From a virus: a stretch of 64,000 nucleotides of DNA. The translations under genes and the position numbers were made by a program. This document shows positions 45,225 through 55,200 of the stretch, piece by piece (the first letter of the stretch is position 1; each line of letters opens with the position of its first letter). The notes under the pieces are model-generated. The model did no database searches. It was given only the letters and a program-made list of their open reading frames with translations, and was not told the DNA's origin. Location of the stretch: IMG/VR virus record IMGVR_UViG_3300045988_092438, one strand, 5' to 3'.

Positions 45225-45835
45225 TTAGTGTACCTCCTGTCTGCACCTTTAATGGTAATTGGAGTCATGTGACCTTTGCAGAGACTTGCAATAGAAGGTC
45301 CATAAGTCTCTTCAATCACCTTCATAGTGATATTACTACAGATAATAGTAACAAGACCATGTTCTTCTCTGTATCTTAAAAGGTCTTCCAGAATAGGCTT
45401 TGCAATCTTACTGTCAATCTCTTTACCGATTTCTTCAAGCACAAGAAACTCAACACCTTTGTACTGCTCATAGAAATCTGACTCTAAAGCGTCTTTCTCT
45501 TTTTTGTCTCTAACATTCCACGCTTCTGTGTAATAACCAATGTACTGACTAAAAGTTACTCTCCGGCAAGTGTATCTTCTTCGATATGCTTCTTTTAAAA
45601 TAATGGAAGACAACATACTCTTTCCAACACCATTTGAGCCACAGAAGAAAATTCCTCTGTTCTCTTCAAAATTATCATACAGGTTATCAATATACTCCTG
45701 CACAAACTTCTTTACTTTCTCAAGACCTTCACTATTATATGTATGAAAGTCTTCAAGTGATTTACCACAGAAGTGCTTTGGCACTCCCATGATAATCAAA
45801 CTTGACTCTGATACAAAACTTCTCATTGGTCTCAT
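45221..45835 (-). CDS. DnaC/IstB-like AAA+ helicase loader
   Basis: Walker A GSNGVGKS and Walker B LVLEEIG. ATG 45835 lies 8 nt after GGAGAG. Confidence 0.7.
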   Translation of the reverse strand: MRPMRSFVSESSLIIMGVPKHFCGKSLEDFHTYNSEGLEKVKKFVQEYIDNLYDNFEENRGIFFCGSNGVGKSMLSSIILKEAYRRRYTCRRVTFSQYIGYYTEAWNVRDKKEKDALESDFYEQYKGVEFLVLEEIGKEIDSKIAKPILEDLLRYREEHGLVTIICSNITMKVIEETYGPSIASLCKGHMTPITIKGADRRYTK

Positions 45836-46389
45836 TATTCCCACTCTCCAATCTTTGTTTCGGTGTTCTCTTCATCTACAGGCTGAGTCCACTCTTTCTT
45901 CTGGTACTTCTTCTTTGACTTAGGAACATATTCATCATCTACCCACAACTTAAAATCTGCATACACTGTATTTACCCATCTGCTTGCTAAAATATTCGGG
46001 CTGAGTCTTTCTTTATCAAGATAGTCCTGTTCACTGTTATACAGGAACTCAATCATTCCGCAAATTTCTCTGGTGTCATAACTCTGCATAAGGACTTTAA
46101 AGATGTGCATATCCTTCTGGATATTACTGATGACATATTTGCAACCTGCGTCTTCTGCAACCTTCTTGAAATAGTACACTAAATCTCTTGTCTTAAAGGA
46201 ATCAATGTACTTATCCAAGTCTGCATACTTCATAAGGAACTGCTCATACATTCCTCCACTCTTCTGAGTTTTTCTTTTTGGAGTCTCTGGCTCTCTAACT
46301 GCCTGTTGTCTCATTGTTGTCTGACCTCTTCTCTGTCTCATAATAGAAACAAGGTCATTGTCACCCACTTTGGTTGTGATACGTTTCAT
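45835..46389 (-). CDS. hypothetical replication-module protein
   Basis: 184 aa, GGAGG RBS. Confidence 0.5.
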   Translation of the reverse strand: MKRITTKVGDNDLVSIMRQRRGQTTMRQQAVREPETPKRKTQKSGGMYEQFLMKYADLDKYIDSFKTRDLVYYFKKVAEDAGCKYVISNIQKDMHIFKVLMQSYDTREICGMIEFLYNSEQDYLDKERLSPNILASRWVNTVYADFKLWVDDEYVPKSKKKYQKKEWTQPVDEENTETKIGEWE

Positions 46390-46409
46390 GTGCTGATAAA
46401 CCTCCTATT

Positions 46410-46439
46410 TAAAAGAAGACCTATGTTTCAAGGTCTTCT
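46410..46439 (-). terminator. rho-independent terminator
   Basis: AGAAGACCT/AGGTCTTCT stem followed by TTTAAAT. Confidence 0.6.
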
Positions 46440-46445
46440 AGTTTC

Positions 46446-46760
46446 TTACTCTATATAAGATTGTACAGTATCTTGCAATACACTGTCAACGACACCAATA
46501 AGACGCTCATAAGCCTGTTCCATTGTTTCTCCCGGCTGAACTACATCTGTTCCCCAACAATCAACTCTTAAAGACTCATAGTTGTCCATATTCTTAGTAA
46601 TACCCAGATTTACTCCCACTGTCTGAGCAGATGACTCTTGCTTTCTGTGGTGGTCATTAGGTACACCTTGTTTAAGTGTCTGCTGATTACTCTTTGTTCC
46701 CTTTGTTACTGTAGTGTTCTCTTCTACCTGCTGTTTCAATGATTTCTTCTTTAATGCCAT
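46446..46760 (-). CDS. hypothetical protein
   Basis: 104 aa. Confidence 0.5.
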   Translation of the reverse strand: MALKKKSLKQQVEENTTVTKGTKSNQQTLKQGVPNDHHRKQESSAQTVGVNLGITKNMDNYESLRVDCWGTDVVQPGETMEQAYERLIGVVDSVLQDTVQSYIE

Positions 46761-46782
46761 GATAATTGCTCCTTTCTACAGA

Positions 46783-47124
46783 TTACTCTTCAAACACTAA
46801 ACCATGTCTGGCAGAGTCTTTCACTTTAACAGACAGAACAAAATCCTTATTCTCTAAAGTGAGGTCAATGGTCTTTCCACCATCTTTAAAGTTTGTCACT
46901 GCATAGTTGTCATCAAGATTGAACTTGCCAGAAACAAGTGCAGTAACTTTCTCCAACTTCTTAGTGGACGCTCCTGCTTCTTTGTCTTTCTCCTGCTGTG
47001 CAATGATAGCTTCACTCTCTTCTTTTGTCACATTCTTCTCTTCCGCAACAGCTTTTGTCTCTTCTACAGCCTGTTTTGTCTGCTCAATTTTTGTTTCGTC
47101 TTTCACTTTCTTTCTAAGTGCCAT
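46783..47124 (-). CDS. hypothetical protein
   Basis: 113 aa. Confidence 0.5.
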   Translation of the reverse strand: MALRKKVKDETKIEQTKQAVEETKAVAEEKNVTKEESEAIIAQQEKDKEAGASTKKLEKVTALVSGKFNLDDNYAVTNFKDGGKTIDLTLENKDFVLSVKVKDSARHGLVFEE

Positions 47125-47126
47125 GA

Positions 47127-47471
47127 TTATTCCTCCTGTTCATTACCAAATATTTCTGTAAAAAGTTTATTCCAACGCAACTGTACATTGCGAGTGAAAT
47201 TGGTTTGAGAGATTTTCTTACCTGTGGAGATTTTAGCTTTCTCAGCACACTCCACAAGTATCTCAATCTGTTCTGTACAATATAATCTTCTTCCTTGAAT
47301 AGAAAAAGGTGTCTTGGGAATTGTTCCGGCTATCTCCCACTTTCTTACAGTCTGTGAAGTTCTCCCTAAATGAGTAGCAACTACATTGATATTGTACAGT
47401 GTGGTAGAATAGCCAGTCTTTTTATTAGTATATGGAACTGTTCTATCCCACGGAGATAACTCTAAACTCAT
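47127..47471 (-). CDS. helix-turn-helix (MerR/excisionase-like) DNA-binding protein
   Basis: VVATHLGRTSQTVRKWEIAGTIPK. Confidence 0.55.
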   Translation of the reverse strand: MSLELSPWDRTVPYTNKKTGYSTTLYNINVVATHLGRTSQTVRKWEIAGTIPKTPFSIQGRRLYCTEQIEILVECAEKAKISTGKKISQTNFTRNVQLRWNKLFTEIFGNEQEE

Positions 47472-47484
47472 TCAGACTACCTCC

Positions 47485-47976
47485 TTACTTCTTTCTTGAA
47501 GCCGCTTTTAAACACTGTGAGGTGTCAACCTCTGGCATTTCTTCAACCTTCTGTACAGATACAGAATAAGTGGTCTTAACATCACAGAGAGCTTCAAACT
47601 CTTCCTGTGTAATAGTGCCATCTTTAACTGAGTCTTCAAGTGCTTTCTCATTGATAACCTCAACTTTCTGCACTTCAACACACTTCTTATAGAGACCCTT
47701 CTCTTTTAAGAGTTTAATGGTGTCCTCCTGCTTTAAAGATACAGACTTCTTAGCAACTTTCCCCACCATGAAATCTCCTGCGTCATAATAGAAACTGCCC
47801 TTACTGTCTTTAACACCAATAAGCTCTGATGCTTCTTTCAGTCGGTCAGCAAGTGTTTTCTTTGTGGTGTCCAGTAACTTCATCCGAGCAGACACCTCAG
47901 AATACTCTTGTGCCATCTGAGCTACTTCTTTAGCAGAATACTTCTGCTTTTTACCTTTGACTACTTTAAGTGCCAT
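47485..47976 (-). CDS. hypothetical coiled-coil protein (Gp157/Gam-like position)
   Basis: GGAGGA RBS before ATG 47976 (MALKVVKGKK...). Confidence 0.5.
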   Translation of the reverse strand: MALKVVKGKKQKYSAKEVAQMAQEYSEVSARMKLLDTTKKTLADRLKEASELIGVKDSKGSFYYDAGDFMVGKVAKKSVSLKQEDTIKLLKEKGLYKKCVEVQKVEVINEKALEDSVKDGTITQEEFEALCDVKTTYSVSVQKVEEMPEVDTSQCLKAASRKK

Positions 47977-48043
47977 GATAATTCCTCCTTTAGTTTTACT
48001 TGGTAAAAGTGTATCATTTTTCTGGTAATCTGTCAACAAAGAA

Positions 48044-49606
48044 TTACTTGTAGCCACGACTAAATAAGCCTTTACTCTCTTTCTTCTTTGATTTCTTACC
48101 AGTAATACTAAATTTCAGCTTTCTATATACTTTATCTCTTGTACTTCCATGACTGGATATAGAATAACTCTCCGAAAATCTGTAATCATATAGTCTGGCA
48201 GGACTAATCTTTCCCTCTTTTCGTCTTCTGATACGTCCTACTGCCTGTTCAACATTCTTCTCGCTATTCACTGAGGACACAAGGAAACCACACTCCCATG
48301 ACTTAACATTAGTACCCTCTGTAGCTTTTGCATAAGTAGCAAGTGTAATTAAACACTTTCTTGACTCAGCTTTCTCCATCATTACATCTGACTTCTCTTT
48401 ATTGTCACCATAGTAAAGAAGAATAGTTTCCTCCGGCACAAAAAGTTTCAGATATTTATAGTAGGAAACAATGTGTTCTTTCTGAGTGAAAAATGCAATA
48501 CAGCTATGACCTTCTTTATACTCTCTGATAATGTCCTTACACACACCTATCATGTGTTTCTTATTACTCACTAAAATGTCATCAATCACCAGAAATGGAA
48601 CTCTTGGTCTCTCTTCATAAGAAAGTTCTTGCAACATCACTAATTTATCCGGCAACTCTTCCTCAGTGAAGTCTCTCTTATTAAAGACTTGATTCTCATA
48701 TAGAAAAGGTTCATACACTGCCTTTGACTCTTTTACTCTCACCTCTACGGGAAGAATATCTGCGTCCTCTGCTGTGTACTCACTCTTAAACACAATACCT
48801 CCAAAAAACAGGTCAAACACAAAGTCTAATTTATCACCTCTTGTTGGTGTGGCAGTAAGACCTAATTTATAATGACTGTTGAACTTGTCAATGATATTAA
48901 AAATGTTGAGTCCTACATGATGACATTCATCTTGAATGACTAAACCAAATTGGTCTAAATAAGAACTCAGCTCTTCCTCACTCATTCTACTTAGTGTCTG
49001 TACTGTAGCAATTGTTATCTGCTTACCCACAGTTCTCTTCTTAGCTTTAATCAGCCCCGACTCTAATTTACCTCCAAAACAGTCTTCAATATCATTCTGC
49101 CACCCAGTCACAAGGTCATCTTTATGAACTAACACAAGAGTCCTCTGCTTGAGTGTGTAAGCTATATTTAAAGCAAGAATAGTCTTACCCTTACCTGTTG
49201 GTAACTGGATAAGACTTTTCGGATATTGCTCTTTCTTCTGACTATAAAGATATGCCCCTTTTGCTTTTTCTTGGTCTCCCCTCAATGTAAAAATAAAAGG
49301 TGGATATTCAACATTCTTTAAAACACGATTGTCCTTTATATCTTTAAATGGAACATTCACATTCAACAATTTTGACACATCAACACCTATTGGAACAGTG
49401 AGAACTTTCTTTTTGCCACTTTGGTCTCTTTGTGTCCTTTCACTAAAATATTCAAGGTATGGTGGAATGGTAATGTACTTACACCGAGAATATCTTTTCG
49501 CTGATTGGTAAGCAGGATTATCATAAGTGAGTGAGTCCTTTAATGTTCTAATCTGGTCTTCACTTAAACCAGTTATTTCCTGCTGACTGTTTCTTACTAT
49601 CTGCAT
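48044..49606 (-). CDS. SF2 DEAD/DEAH-box helicase
   Basis: PTGKGKT, QDECHH, and helicase C-terminal motifs (QAVGRIRR). Confidence 0.8.
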   Translation of the reverse strand: MQIVRNSQQEITGLSEDQIRTLKDSLTYDNPAYQSAKRYSRCKYITIPPYLEYFSERTQRDQSGKKKVLTVPIGVDVSKLLNVNVPFKDIKDNRVLKNVEYPPFIFTLRGDQEKAKGAYLYSQKKEQYPKSLIQLPTGKGKTILALNIAYTLKQRTLVLVHKDDLVTGWQNDIEDCFGGKLESGLIKAKKRTVGKQITIATVQTLSRMSEEELSSYLDQFGLVIQDECHHVGLNIFNIIDKFNSHYKLGLTATPTRGDKLDFVFDLFFGGIVFKSEYTAEDADILPVEVRVKESKAVYEPFLYENQVFNKRDFTEEELPDKLVMLQELSYEERPRVPFLVIDDILVSNKKHMIGVCKDIIREYKEGHSCIAFFTQKEHIVSYYKYLKLFVPEETILLYYGDNKEKSDVMMEKAESRKCLITLATYAKATEGTNVKSWECGFLVSSVNSEKNVEQAVGRIRRRKEGKISPARLYDYRFSESYSISSHGSTRDKVYRKLKFSITGKKSKKKESKGLFSRGYK

Positions 49607-50135
49607 TTCTCTGTCTTCTCCTTTCTCTTCGCTTTCTATTTATTTCTTCTTTGTTTGCTTCATAACGAGCTTTCTCACGTTCCCTCTTCAACTGTGCTTC
49701 TGGTGTATCAATAACCTGTTTAGGGTGGGGAACATAATTTTCTTTCCGAGACTTTAAAATCTCTTCTTTGTGTTCTTCATAATATGCTTTCTTCTGGTTA
49801 AGAAGTGTTTCCTTATTCTCAGAATAATACCTTCTCATTGTAGCTTTTCTGGTTTCTCTATGCTTATAGTAATTTTCTCTACCTTGTTCTCTGGACTTAT
49901 CCACGTCTTTATAATAATTCTTCCGGCTGAAATATCTGGCTTGAGATTTACTAAAGTTATGAGGTCTCACCTTATAAGGTCTACAACCCCTTGTTGGTAT
50001 ATACACTGGAACTCTAGCTTCTAAAATCTCTGTGTCGGTCCTATTTGAAATTTCCCTCTCATGGGAAGAAATTATATCACTGTCGTTAATACAATCACTA
50101 AACTTACAATGAAGACAGTCCATATCACATATCAC
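49560..50135 (-). CDS. Cys-rich N-terminus / highly basic protein
   Basis: CDMDCLHCKFSDC. GTG start 7 nt after GAGGTG. Confidence 0.5.
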   Translation of the reverse strand: MICDMDCLHCKFSDCINDSDIISSHEREISNRTDTEILEARVPVYIPTRGCRPYKVRPHNFSKSQARYFSRKNYYKDVDKSREQGRENYYKHRETRKATMRRYYSENKETLLNQKKAYYEEHKEEILKSRKENYVPHPKQVIDTPEAQLKREREKARYEANKEEINRKRRERRRQRNADSKKQSAGNNWFK

Positions 50136-50189
50136 TTAATTACACCTCACTTTCTTTAACACTGTGCATATTATATCATAATTCGGACT

Positions 50190-50231
50190 AAAAGACAAAA
50201 GACGCTACAGACTTCCACAGTCCATAACGTC
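50190..50231 (-). terminator. rho-independent terminator after the lysis cassette
   Basis: 12-bp stem whose three non-Watson-Crick pairs are all G-U on the minus strand (A-C on plus), followed by TTTTGTCTTTT. Confidence 0.7.
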
Positions 50232-50307
50232 TTTAATATAAATAACTATTTAATTATATAATATATTAAATAACTATTATTACAGAAGTAATGCAGAGCC
50301 ACACTCC

Positions 50308-51747
50308 TTATTTAACTCTGAGTTTCTGACCTACATAAATGAGATTCTTATTAGCAATACCATTTAAACTAACAAGTCTATCAACTGTAGTGCCATACTT
50401 TTTAGCAATCTTAGTAAGATTGTCTCCCGGCTTTACAGTGTAGTACTTAACAGAAGTGCCACTACTCTTTAACTGTCTATTTACTTCTGCCTGTACTTTA
50501 TCTGGGTCATAACCCTCAGAAGCAAGTTTCTTTCTTCTGTCAGTTCCATTGCCATATTCACCTGCGATTACTTTCTTTGCTACTTCTGCAATACTGAATG
50601 AAGGTTTTGGAGTATTACCCTTTAAAAGCTCATTGACTTTAGCTTGCACTTTGTCTGGGTCATAACCTAATGCTTTTAAAGCATTTCTACGAGCGTCACC
50701 ATTACTGTAAACACCTTTGATAACCTCTTGAGCAATTTCTTCAAGAGACTTAGTTGGTGCAGGTGTTGGAGTAGGTGTGACAGGAGAACTACCAGAAGCA
50801 TATTTAGGTCTTGCATAACCTCTAATGAAGCCCCAACCTACAGGGATTTCACGTCTTGCAACTGCTTCACCCTTGTTACCTTCAATAGCAATGATAGTGT
50901 TACTGGAAACGGATTCTACAAAACCAATGTGGTCTGAATAACCATCATTAGGCTGAGTATTGTCATCCCAGTTATAAACAATAATATCTCTCGGCTGTGG
51001 AGTGATAGTACCATCTTCAATCCAAATCCCCTTTGCTTTAAAGATTTTAACGTGTTCTTCAACACCACACTCTCTACCAATTAAATCAGAACAACCTGCT
51101 TTAATTCCTGCGGCTGAAACTGTTGTGTCACACCACTCGTCTTTATACTGTACTGCATAACCTCTTGGAAGTGGTTTTACACTGTTGTACAGGTCAATAA
51201 TCTGCTTGAATTTACCATTTGCTTCACTAAATCCAAGCCAACTTCTCATTACGTCCAAAACATCTGGCTTACTCATATCACTACCTCCTTCTGTGTCATA
51301 CTGAGTTAATTTATACTGTTCTATCAGTTTGTAAGTGTTAGTTACATAAGAACTACTCGTTGCATATCCATCAGCCTTGATTGTCTCAAGATACTTTTTC
51401 GGGTTAGTAATACCTTTAAGATTCTGGTATCTTGCTAACTGAATGAACTCAAAGTAACCCTTAACACCCTCTTCCATGTTATCATATACACGGAAATTGT
51501 CTTTGATTGTGGTGAGTGTTCCCGGTTGATACTCTTCTTGAGTAGTCATGTTCACACTCTTACCAGTCCACTTAGTACCACACTTTAAACCAAAGTAGTT
51601 ATGGTACTGAGAAGCAAGTCTACTCTCACCCCAACCACTCTCTAAAATTGCCTGTGCAATAATAGGACTGTGTACCTTGATTCCATAGGAGTTAGCATAC
51701 TTTTTGACATACTTTGCAATCTTAGTAATAAATTCTTGTTTATTCAT
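50308..51747 (-). CDS. modular endolysin: glucosaminidase + CHAP/NlpC-like + 2x CW_7 + LysM
   Basis: [18 protein letters not shown]; EWCDT..H.GFV; two [25 protein letters not shown] repeats; C-terminal [17 protein letters not shown]. Confidence 0.85.
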   Translation of the reverse strand: MNKQEFITKIAKYVKKYANSYGIKVHSPIIAQAILESGWGESRLASQYHNYFGLKCGTKWTGKSVNMTTQEEYQPGTLTTIKDNFRVYDNMEEGVKGYFEFIQLARYQNLKGITNPKKYLETIKADGYATSSSYVTNTYKLIEQYKLTQYDTEGGSDMSKPDVLDVMRSWLGFSEANGKFKQIIDLYNSVKPLPRGYAVQYKDEWCDTTVSAAGIKAGCSDLIGRECGVEEHVKIFKAKGIWIEDGTITPQPRDIIVYNWDDNTQPNDGYSDHIGFVESVSSNTIIAIEGNKGEAVARREIPVGWGFIRGYARPKYASGSSPVTPTPTPAPTKSLEEIAQEVIKGVYSNGDARRNALKALGYDPDKVQAKVNELLKGNTPKPSFSIAEVAKKVIAGEYGNGTDRRKKLASEGYDPDKVQAEVNRQLKSSGTSVKYYTVKPGDNLTKIAKKYGTTVDRLVSLNGIANKNLIYVGQKLRVK

Positions 51748-51770
51748 TTCTATTACCTCCTTTTAAGTTA

Positions 51771-51800
51771 AAAGGGCAACACTATTTATGTGTTACCCTT
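51771..51800 (-). other. hairpin between holin and endolysin (weak T-tail; possible attenuator)
   Basis: 11-bp stem with a G-U pair on the minus strand only. Confidence 0.35.
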
Positions 51801-51811
51801 TCCTGCCTGTA

Positions 51812-52141
51812 TTATTTAATATCTTTCTTGTAAAATCGTTTCCAAATGTCAATAAGGTAATCCCAACCTTTAGTACAAATAATTGCGACAAGGAAACTTG
51901 CAAGAATAACAGCAACTAAATAGTACCACACAAATGCGATTTTTGCATAAGACAGATACATGAAAAGTGCCACAACACACACAATGAGTGAAAGCACAAG
52001 TACCTGTAAAGAAGTAGGAATCTTTTTAAGGAATCCAATCTCTTTTGTGAACTCTGTAATCACTGAAATCACAGTGCAGAGTACAGCCACTACAATCATT
52101 ACGATTGAAAGGTTTGCCATAATAGTTTCTACAGTAATCAT
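51812..52141 (-). CDS. holin
   Basis: 109 aa, three hydrophobic helices and a basic C-terminus, directly upstream of the endolysin. Confidence 0.7.
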   Translation of the reverse strand: MITVETIMANLSIVMIVVAVLCTVISVITEFTKEIGFLKKIPTSLQVLVLSLIVCVVALFMYLSYAKIAFVWYYLVAVILASFLVAIICTKGWDYLIDIWKRFYKKDIK

Positions 52142-52163
52142 TATACATTACCTCCTTAAATTA

Positions 52164-52778
52164 TTATAAAGAGTCATTAGAACTCTTTATTTCATTTATA
52201 ACGTGCCATGAATACATTTCCTTTTGTACAGTACTATGGACGAAAGAGTTATCTCCTCCATGCTTTTCATATTGGTCGATAAGCTCTTTCAAGGTCTCCA
52301 ACTGCATATCAGTACAAGTCATTGCAGGGTGACACTCCCTGTAAATACGCTCAATCTTCTCTTTGATTTCTGCCCTTTTTGTTTCTGAATTTTTCTTTTG
52401 AATACCGAGGGTAATGTTCTTTAATTCCTCAATCTGTTCAGACTGTTTTTCAATCTGTGCTGACTGTTTGTTCATTACCTTATACATTTCTTCACGAATT
52501 TTTCTTGAGTCCTCTCTGTCGTGAGTTCTCTCATTTTCTCTTTCGGTACGATTTTCCTCAATCTTCTTCCCCAACTCTATCATAGAGTTTTTCAATCCAT
52601 AAACCAGAGCATGAAAGTCTTCTTCTTCGTTTTTAGTCTTTCTCCACTTGTTTAAATACTTCAATAGTTTCTGCTTTTGTGTCATAGCCAGAACAATAAG
52701 AGCAATAATAAAGAGAAGAGCCATAATGAATTGAACACCAGTAACTTCTTGAGCAAGTTCTAAAATTGACTTATCCAT
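52164..52778 (-). CDS. membrane-anchored coiled-coil protein
   Basis: One TM helix followed by a charged helical region. Confidence 0.55.
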   Translation of the reverse strand: MDKSILELAQEVTGVQFIMALLFIIALIVLAMTQKQKLLKYLNKWRKTKNEEEDFHALVYGLKNSMIELGKKIEENRTERENERTHDREDSRKIREEMYKVMNKQSAQIEKQSEQIEELKNITLGIQKKNSETKRAEIKEKIERIYRECHPAMTCTDMQLETLKELIDQYEKHGGDNSFVHSTVQKEMYSWHVINEIKSSNDSL

Positions 52779-52844
52779 TAGGTTCTCCTTTCCCTTTTAT
52801 TATGCTTACTAAATAATACCACATTGAAAATGTTGTGTCTATAC

Positions 52845-52881
52845 TAAAAAGACCTCTGAACCATTAAAATTCAAAGGTCTT
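52845..52881 (-). terminator. rho-independent terminator
   Basis: 12-bp stem (G-U on the minus strand only) followed by TTTTTAG. Confidence 0.65.
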
Positions 52882-52892
52882 TGTGTTAGGCT

Positions 52893-53027
52893 CTATTTAG
52901 CAAGTTTAGGATAACCCTTCTCTTTTAAAGCCTGTTTTACTTCGTCTTTGAGCTGTGCAGGAACTTCTGCATAAGTCTTATCTCCTGCGATAATCTTATC
53001 AGCCCAAAGTTGTGAAATTTTCTTCAT
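52893..53027 (-). CDS. XkdX-like 44-aa peptide, absent from the ORF track
   Basis: MKKISQLWADKIIAGDKTYAEVPAQLKDEVKQALKEKGYPKLAK. GGAGG RBS. Paralogous to 53055..53201. Confidence 0.55.
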   Translation of the reverse strand: MKKISQLWADKIIAGDKTYAEVPAQLKDEVKQALKEKGYPKLAK

Positions 53028-53054
53028 GAGTGTTTACCTCCTTATGCAGTTTTC

Positions 53055-53201
53055 TTACTGTTGTGCAGGTGTTTCTGTAACAAGAAACTCTACACCACTC
53101 TCAATGAGAATTTCCTTGACCTGCTCTTTGAGAAGTCTCGGAACATCATTGTAAGTCTTCTTACCATTCATAATTCTCTGTGCCCAAAGCATTGCAATCA
53201 T
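53055..53201 (-). CDS. XkdX-like 48-aa peptide
   Basis: AGGAGG RBS before ATG 53201: MIAMLWAQRIMNGKKTYNDVPRLLKEQVKEILIESG... Confidence 0.55.
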   Translation of the reverse strand: MIAMLWAQRIMNGKKTYNDVPRLLKEQVKEILIESGVEFLVTETPAQQ

Positions 53202-53253
53202 GGTGTCTCCCTCCTTTCCAAAAGTTATGAAAAGGCGAAGTTGGTCTAAAACA

Positions 53254-53565
53254 TTAAGCATAGACAACCTCACTCATTTCCAGAATCATATCTTCCAGGG
53301 AAGTAGCTCTTTCATTAAGAGTAACCTGCCCTGTAGACAAAGCGGTTAAAAATTCGTCTTTCTCATACTCCTTCACAGTGTAAGAGTACAGAGGAACTAA
53401 TTCTTGACCTTCTGCTAACTGTCCTTTTTCAGCCACACGTTCACTCTCTGGAACTTCTTTAATGTTGGTATTCACATACACATGACTACCATCATATTCA
53501 ACTTCCTTCGGCTTTACTGTTGACTGAACATTTTCCATTGTTTTCATTGGCTTTCTTTCCTCCAT
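53254..53565 (-). CDS. hypothetical acidic protein (XkdW position)
   Basis: Overlaps the 3' end of the RT ORF. The likely start is ATG 53547, after GGAGG. Confidence 0.45.
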   Translation of the reverse strand: MEERKPMKTMENVQSTVKPKEVEYDGSHVYVNTNIKEVPESERVAEKGQLAEGQELVPLYSYTVKEYEKDEFLTALSTGQVTLNERATSLEDMILEMSEVVYA

Positions 53566-54679
53566 TCTTTAAATGATTTATATAATACTCCTCCACAGGT
53601 TTCTCTAAAGGTTTGAAGTACTTCTTATACAGTCTGTAACTGTTACAGTAAGATAGCCAACCCTTGTAGGAGTTAATACAACAGTAGTCGGAGTAAGACA
53701 TTTCTACACCACTCTCCACCTTCAAGCGAATTTTCGTCATCTTTGACTTCATTCTCTTTGAAGTAGAAGCTCTTAATAAAACAAAATCCGGGAATACTCT
53801 ATACCCGACAAAATCTACTCCTCTGTCTGCTACTGGGAACACTTGATAATTACTCTTGATAGTCAAGTGTCTCTCCACTCGCATATATTCTATAATCTCC
53901 CATTTCAACTTATATAAGTACTCTTTGGAGTGGTGGAGGATAACAATATCATCCATGTATCTGTAATAGTACTTAATACCTTTGACTTCTTTTATCCAGT
54001 GGTCGAAAGGTGATAAGTAAAAGTTTCCGCTAAACTGAGAAAGGTAGTTGCCTATTGGAATACCTGTATCGGAAGACATTGTGATGTTTAATTCTAAATA
54101 CCACAGAAGACCTTCATCTTTGAAAATTCTTCTGTAGTCATTCAAAAGGATTTCTCTGTCAATAGATGGATAGTATTTCTTAACGTCCATCTTTAAACAG
54201 TATTGAGTACCTTCAACATCATTTTGTATGTCATTTCTTACCCTTTCAAAAGCTAAATGAATACCTCTGTCTGGAATTGCGGAGTAGGTATCATATATGA
54301 ACTGCCTTAAAAGGATTGGAGCTATCACCTGTAGGACAGCCCACTGTATAACTCTTTCTGGGAAGTAACGTGACTTATAAATAACCCTTTCCTTCTCACG
54401 TTCTTTTCTTAGGAATTTCTCATAAGGTAGTGGAACATAAGTCCTTAACACTAACATATTCTGTATAGCTTTAAGGTGTTTCTCTGGGTCTTTATTGAAG
54501 TCACGAACTTCTTTGTACCAGTGTTTACCTTTACTAGCGTTTTTGTGTGCAAGTTTAAGATTTTCAATGGAACAAATCTTTTCCCATATAGTAAGCGTCT
54601 TATCTTCTTTCCCAGTTACAGGGTCTATAGGATATAAATGACGCTTCATAAACCATGTACTCCAAAGCCTAATCTTCAA
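53498..54679 (-). CDS. DGR-type reverse transcriptase
   Basis: IPIGNYLSQFSGNFYL and YYRYMDDIVIL motifs, with adjacent TR/VR. The likely true start is ATG 54649 (MKRHLYPID...). Confidence 0.9.
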   Translation of the reverse strand: MKIRLWSTWFMKRHLYPIDPVTGKEDKTLTIWEKICSIENLKLAHKNASKGKHWYKEVRDFNKDPEKHLKAIQNMLVLRTYVPLPYEKFLRKEREKERVIYKSRYFPERVIQWAVLQVIAPILLRQFIYDTYSAIPDRGIHLAFERVRNDIQNDVEGTQYCLKMDVKKYYPSIDREILLNDYRRIFKDEGLLWYLELNITMSSDTGIPIGNYLSQFSGNFYLSPFDHWIKEVKGIKYYYRYMDDIVILHHSKEYLYKLKWEIIEYMRVERHLTIKSNYQVFPVADRGVDFVGYRVFPDFVLLRASTSKRMKSKMTKIRLKVESGVEMSYSDYCCINSYKGWLSYCNSYRLYKKYFKPLEKPVEEYYINHLKNGGKKANENNGKCSVNSKAEGS

Positions 54680-54881
54680 ACGCTTTGTAAAGGTGTACCT
54701 TCTTTACTCAGCTACCAACAAGACTATCTGCTGTCAATGAAACACTATATGTTCTACCATCATACTTGTGTCATTTAACACTGATGACCTAACCCATGTT
54801 AGAGAGGTAGGGTAAAGAAGTTACACGGATTTTTAATTTATTTCAAAAGTAAACACTTCCGAAACTGAGTACAGTGCCGTG

Positions 54882-54987
54882 AAGTGGTCGCTGATATTAC
54901 AATTACGATTAGAAGCCACATTATTCAGATTCCAATAGAACAGCTCAGATTTCGTACCATTATTCCAATTCGTACCCAATAGGGTAA
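54882..54987 (-). repeat. DGR template repeat (TR)
   Basis: 106-nt repeat of 55241..55346. The sense strand is rich in AAT codons (..NWNNGTKSELFYWNLNNVASNRNCNISDH). Confidence 0.9.
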
Positions 54988-55200
54988 ATACTTGGAACAC
55001 TCATATTACTGAGCGTCCAAGTATTTCATGTGTACTGTTGGTGGCAAGAAATTCTGTAATTCTTGACCGCTTATAACCCAAATCATTACCCGATTTAGTG
55101 AAGTGGTGTTTCGTCACAATCACTGTTAATATTATAACCTTAATTCAAGCGTTTGTAAAGAAGATAGGCTTCTCCTTTCTTCAAAATTTTTTCTTTAGTT

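Noticed and set aside
53254-53565. The Avd accessory protein of the DGR.
   Set aside because: The product is acidic and lacks the basic four-helix-bundle pattern. It fits better as an XkdW-position tail-module protein.
53498-54679. A retron or group II intron reverse transcriptase.
   Set aside because: The adjacent TR/VR pair with adenine-specific differences and the IGNYLSQ motif identify it as a DGR RT. No maturase or endonuclease domains are present, and no msr/msd-like inverted repeats were seen.
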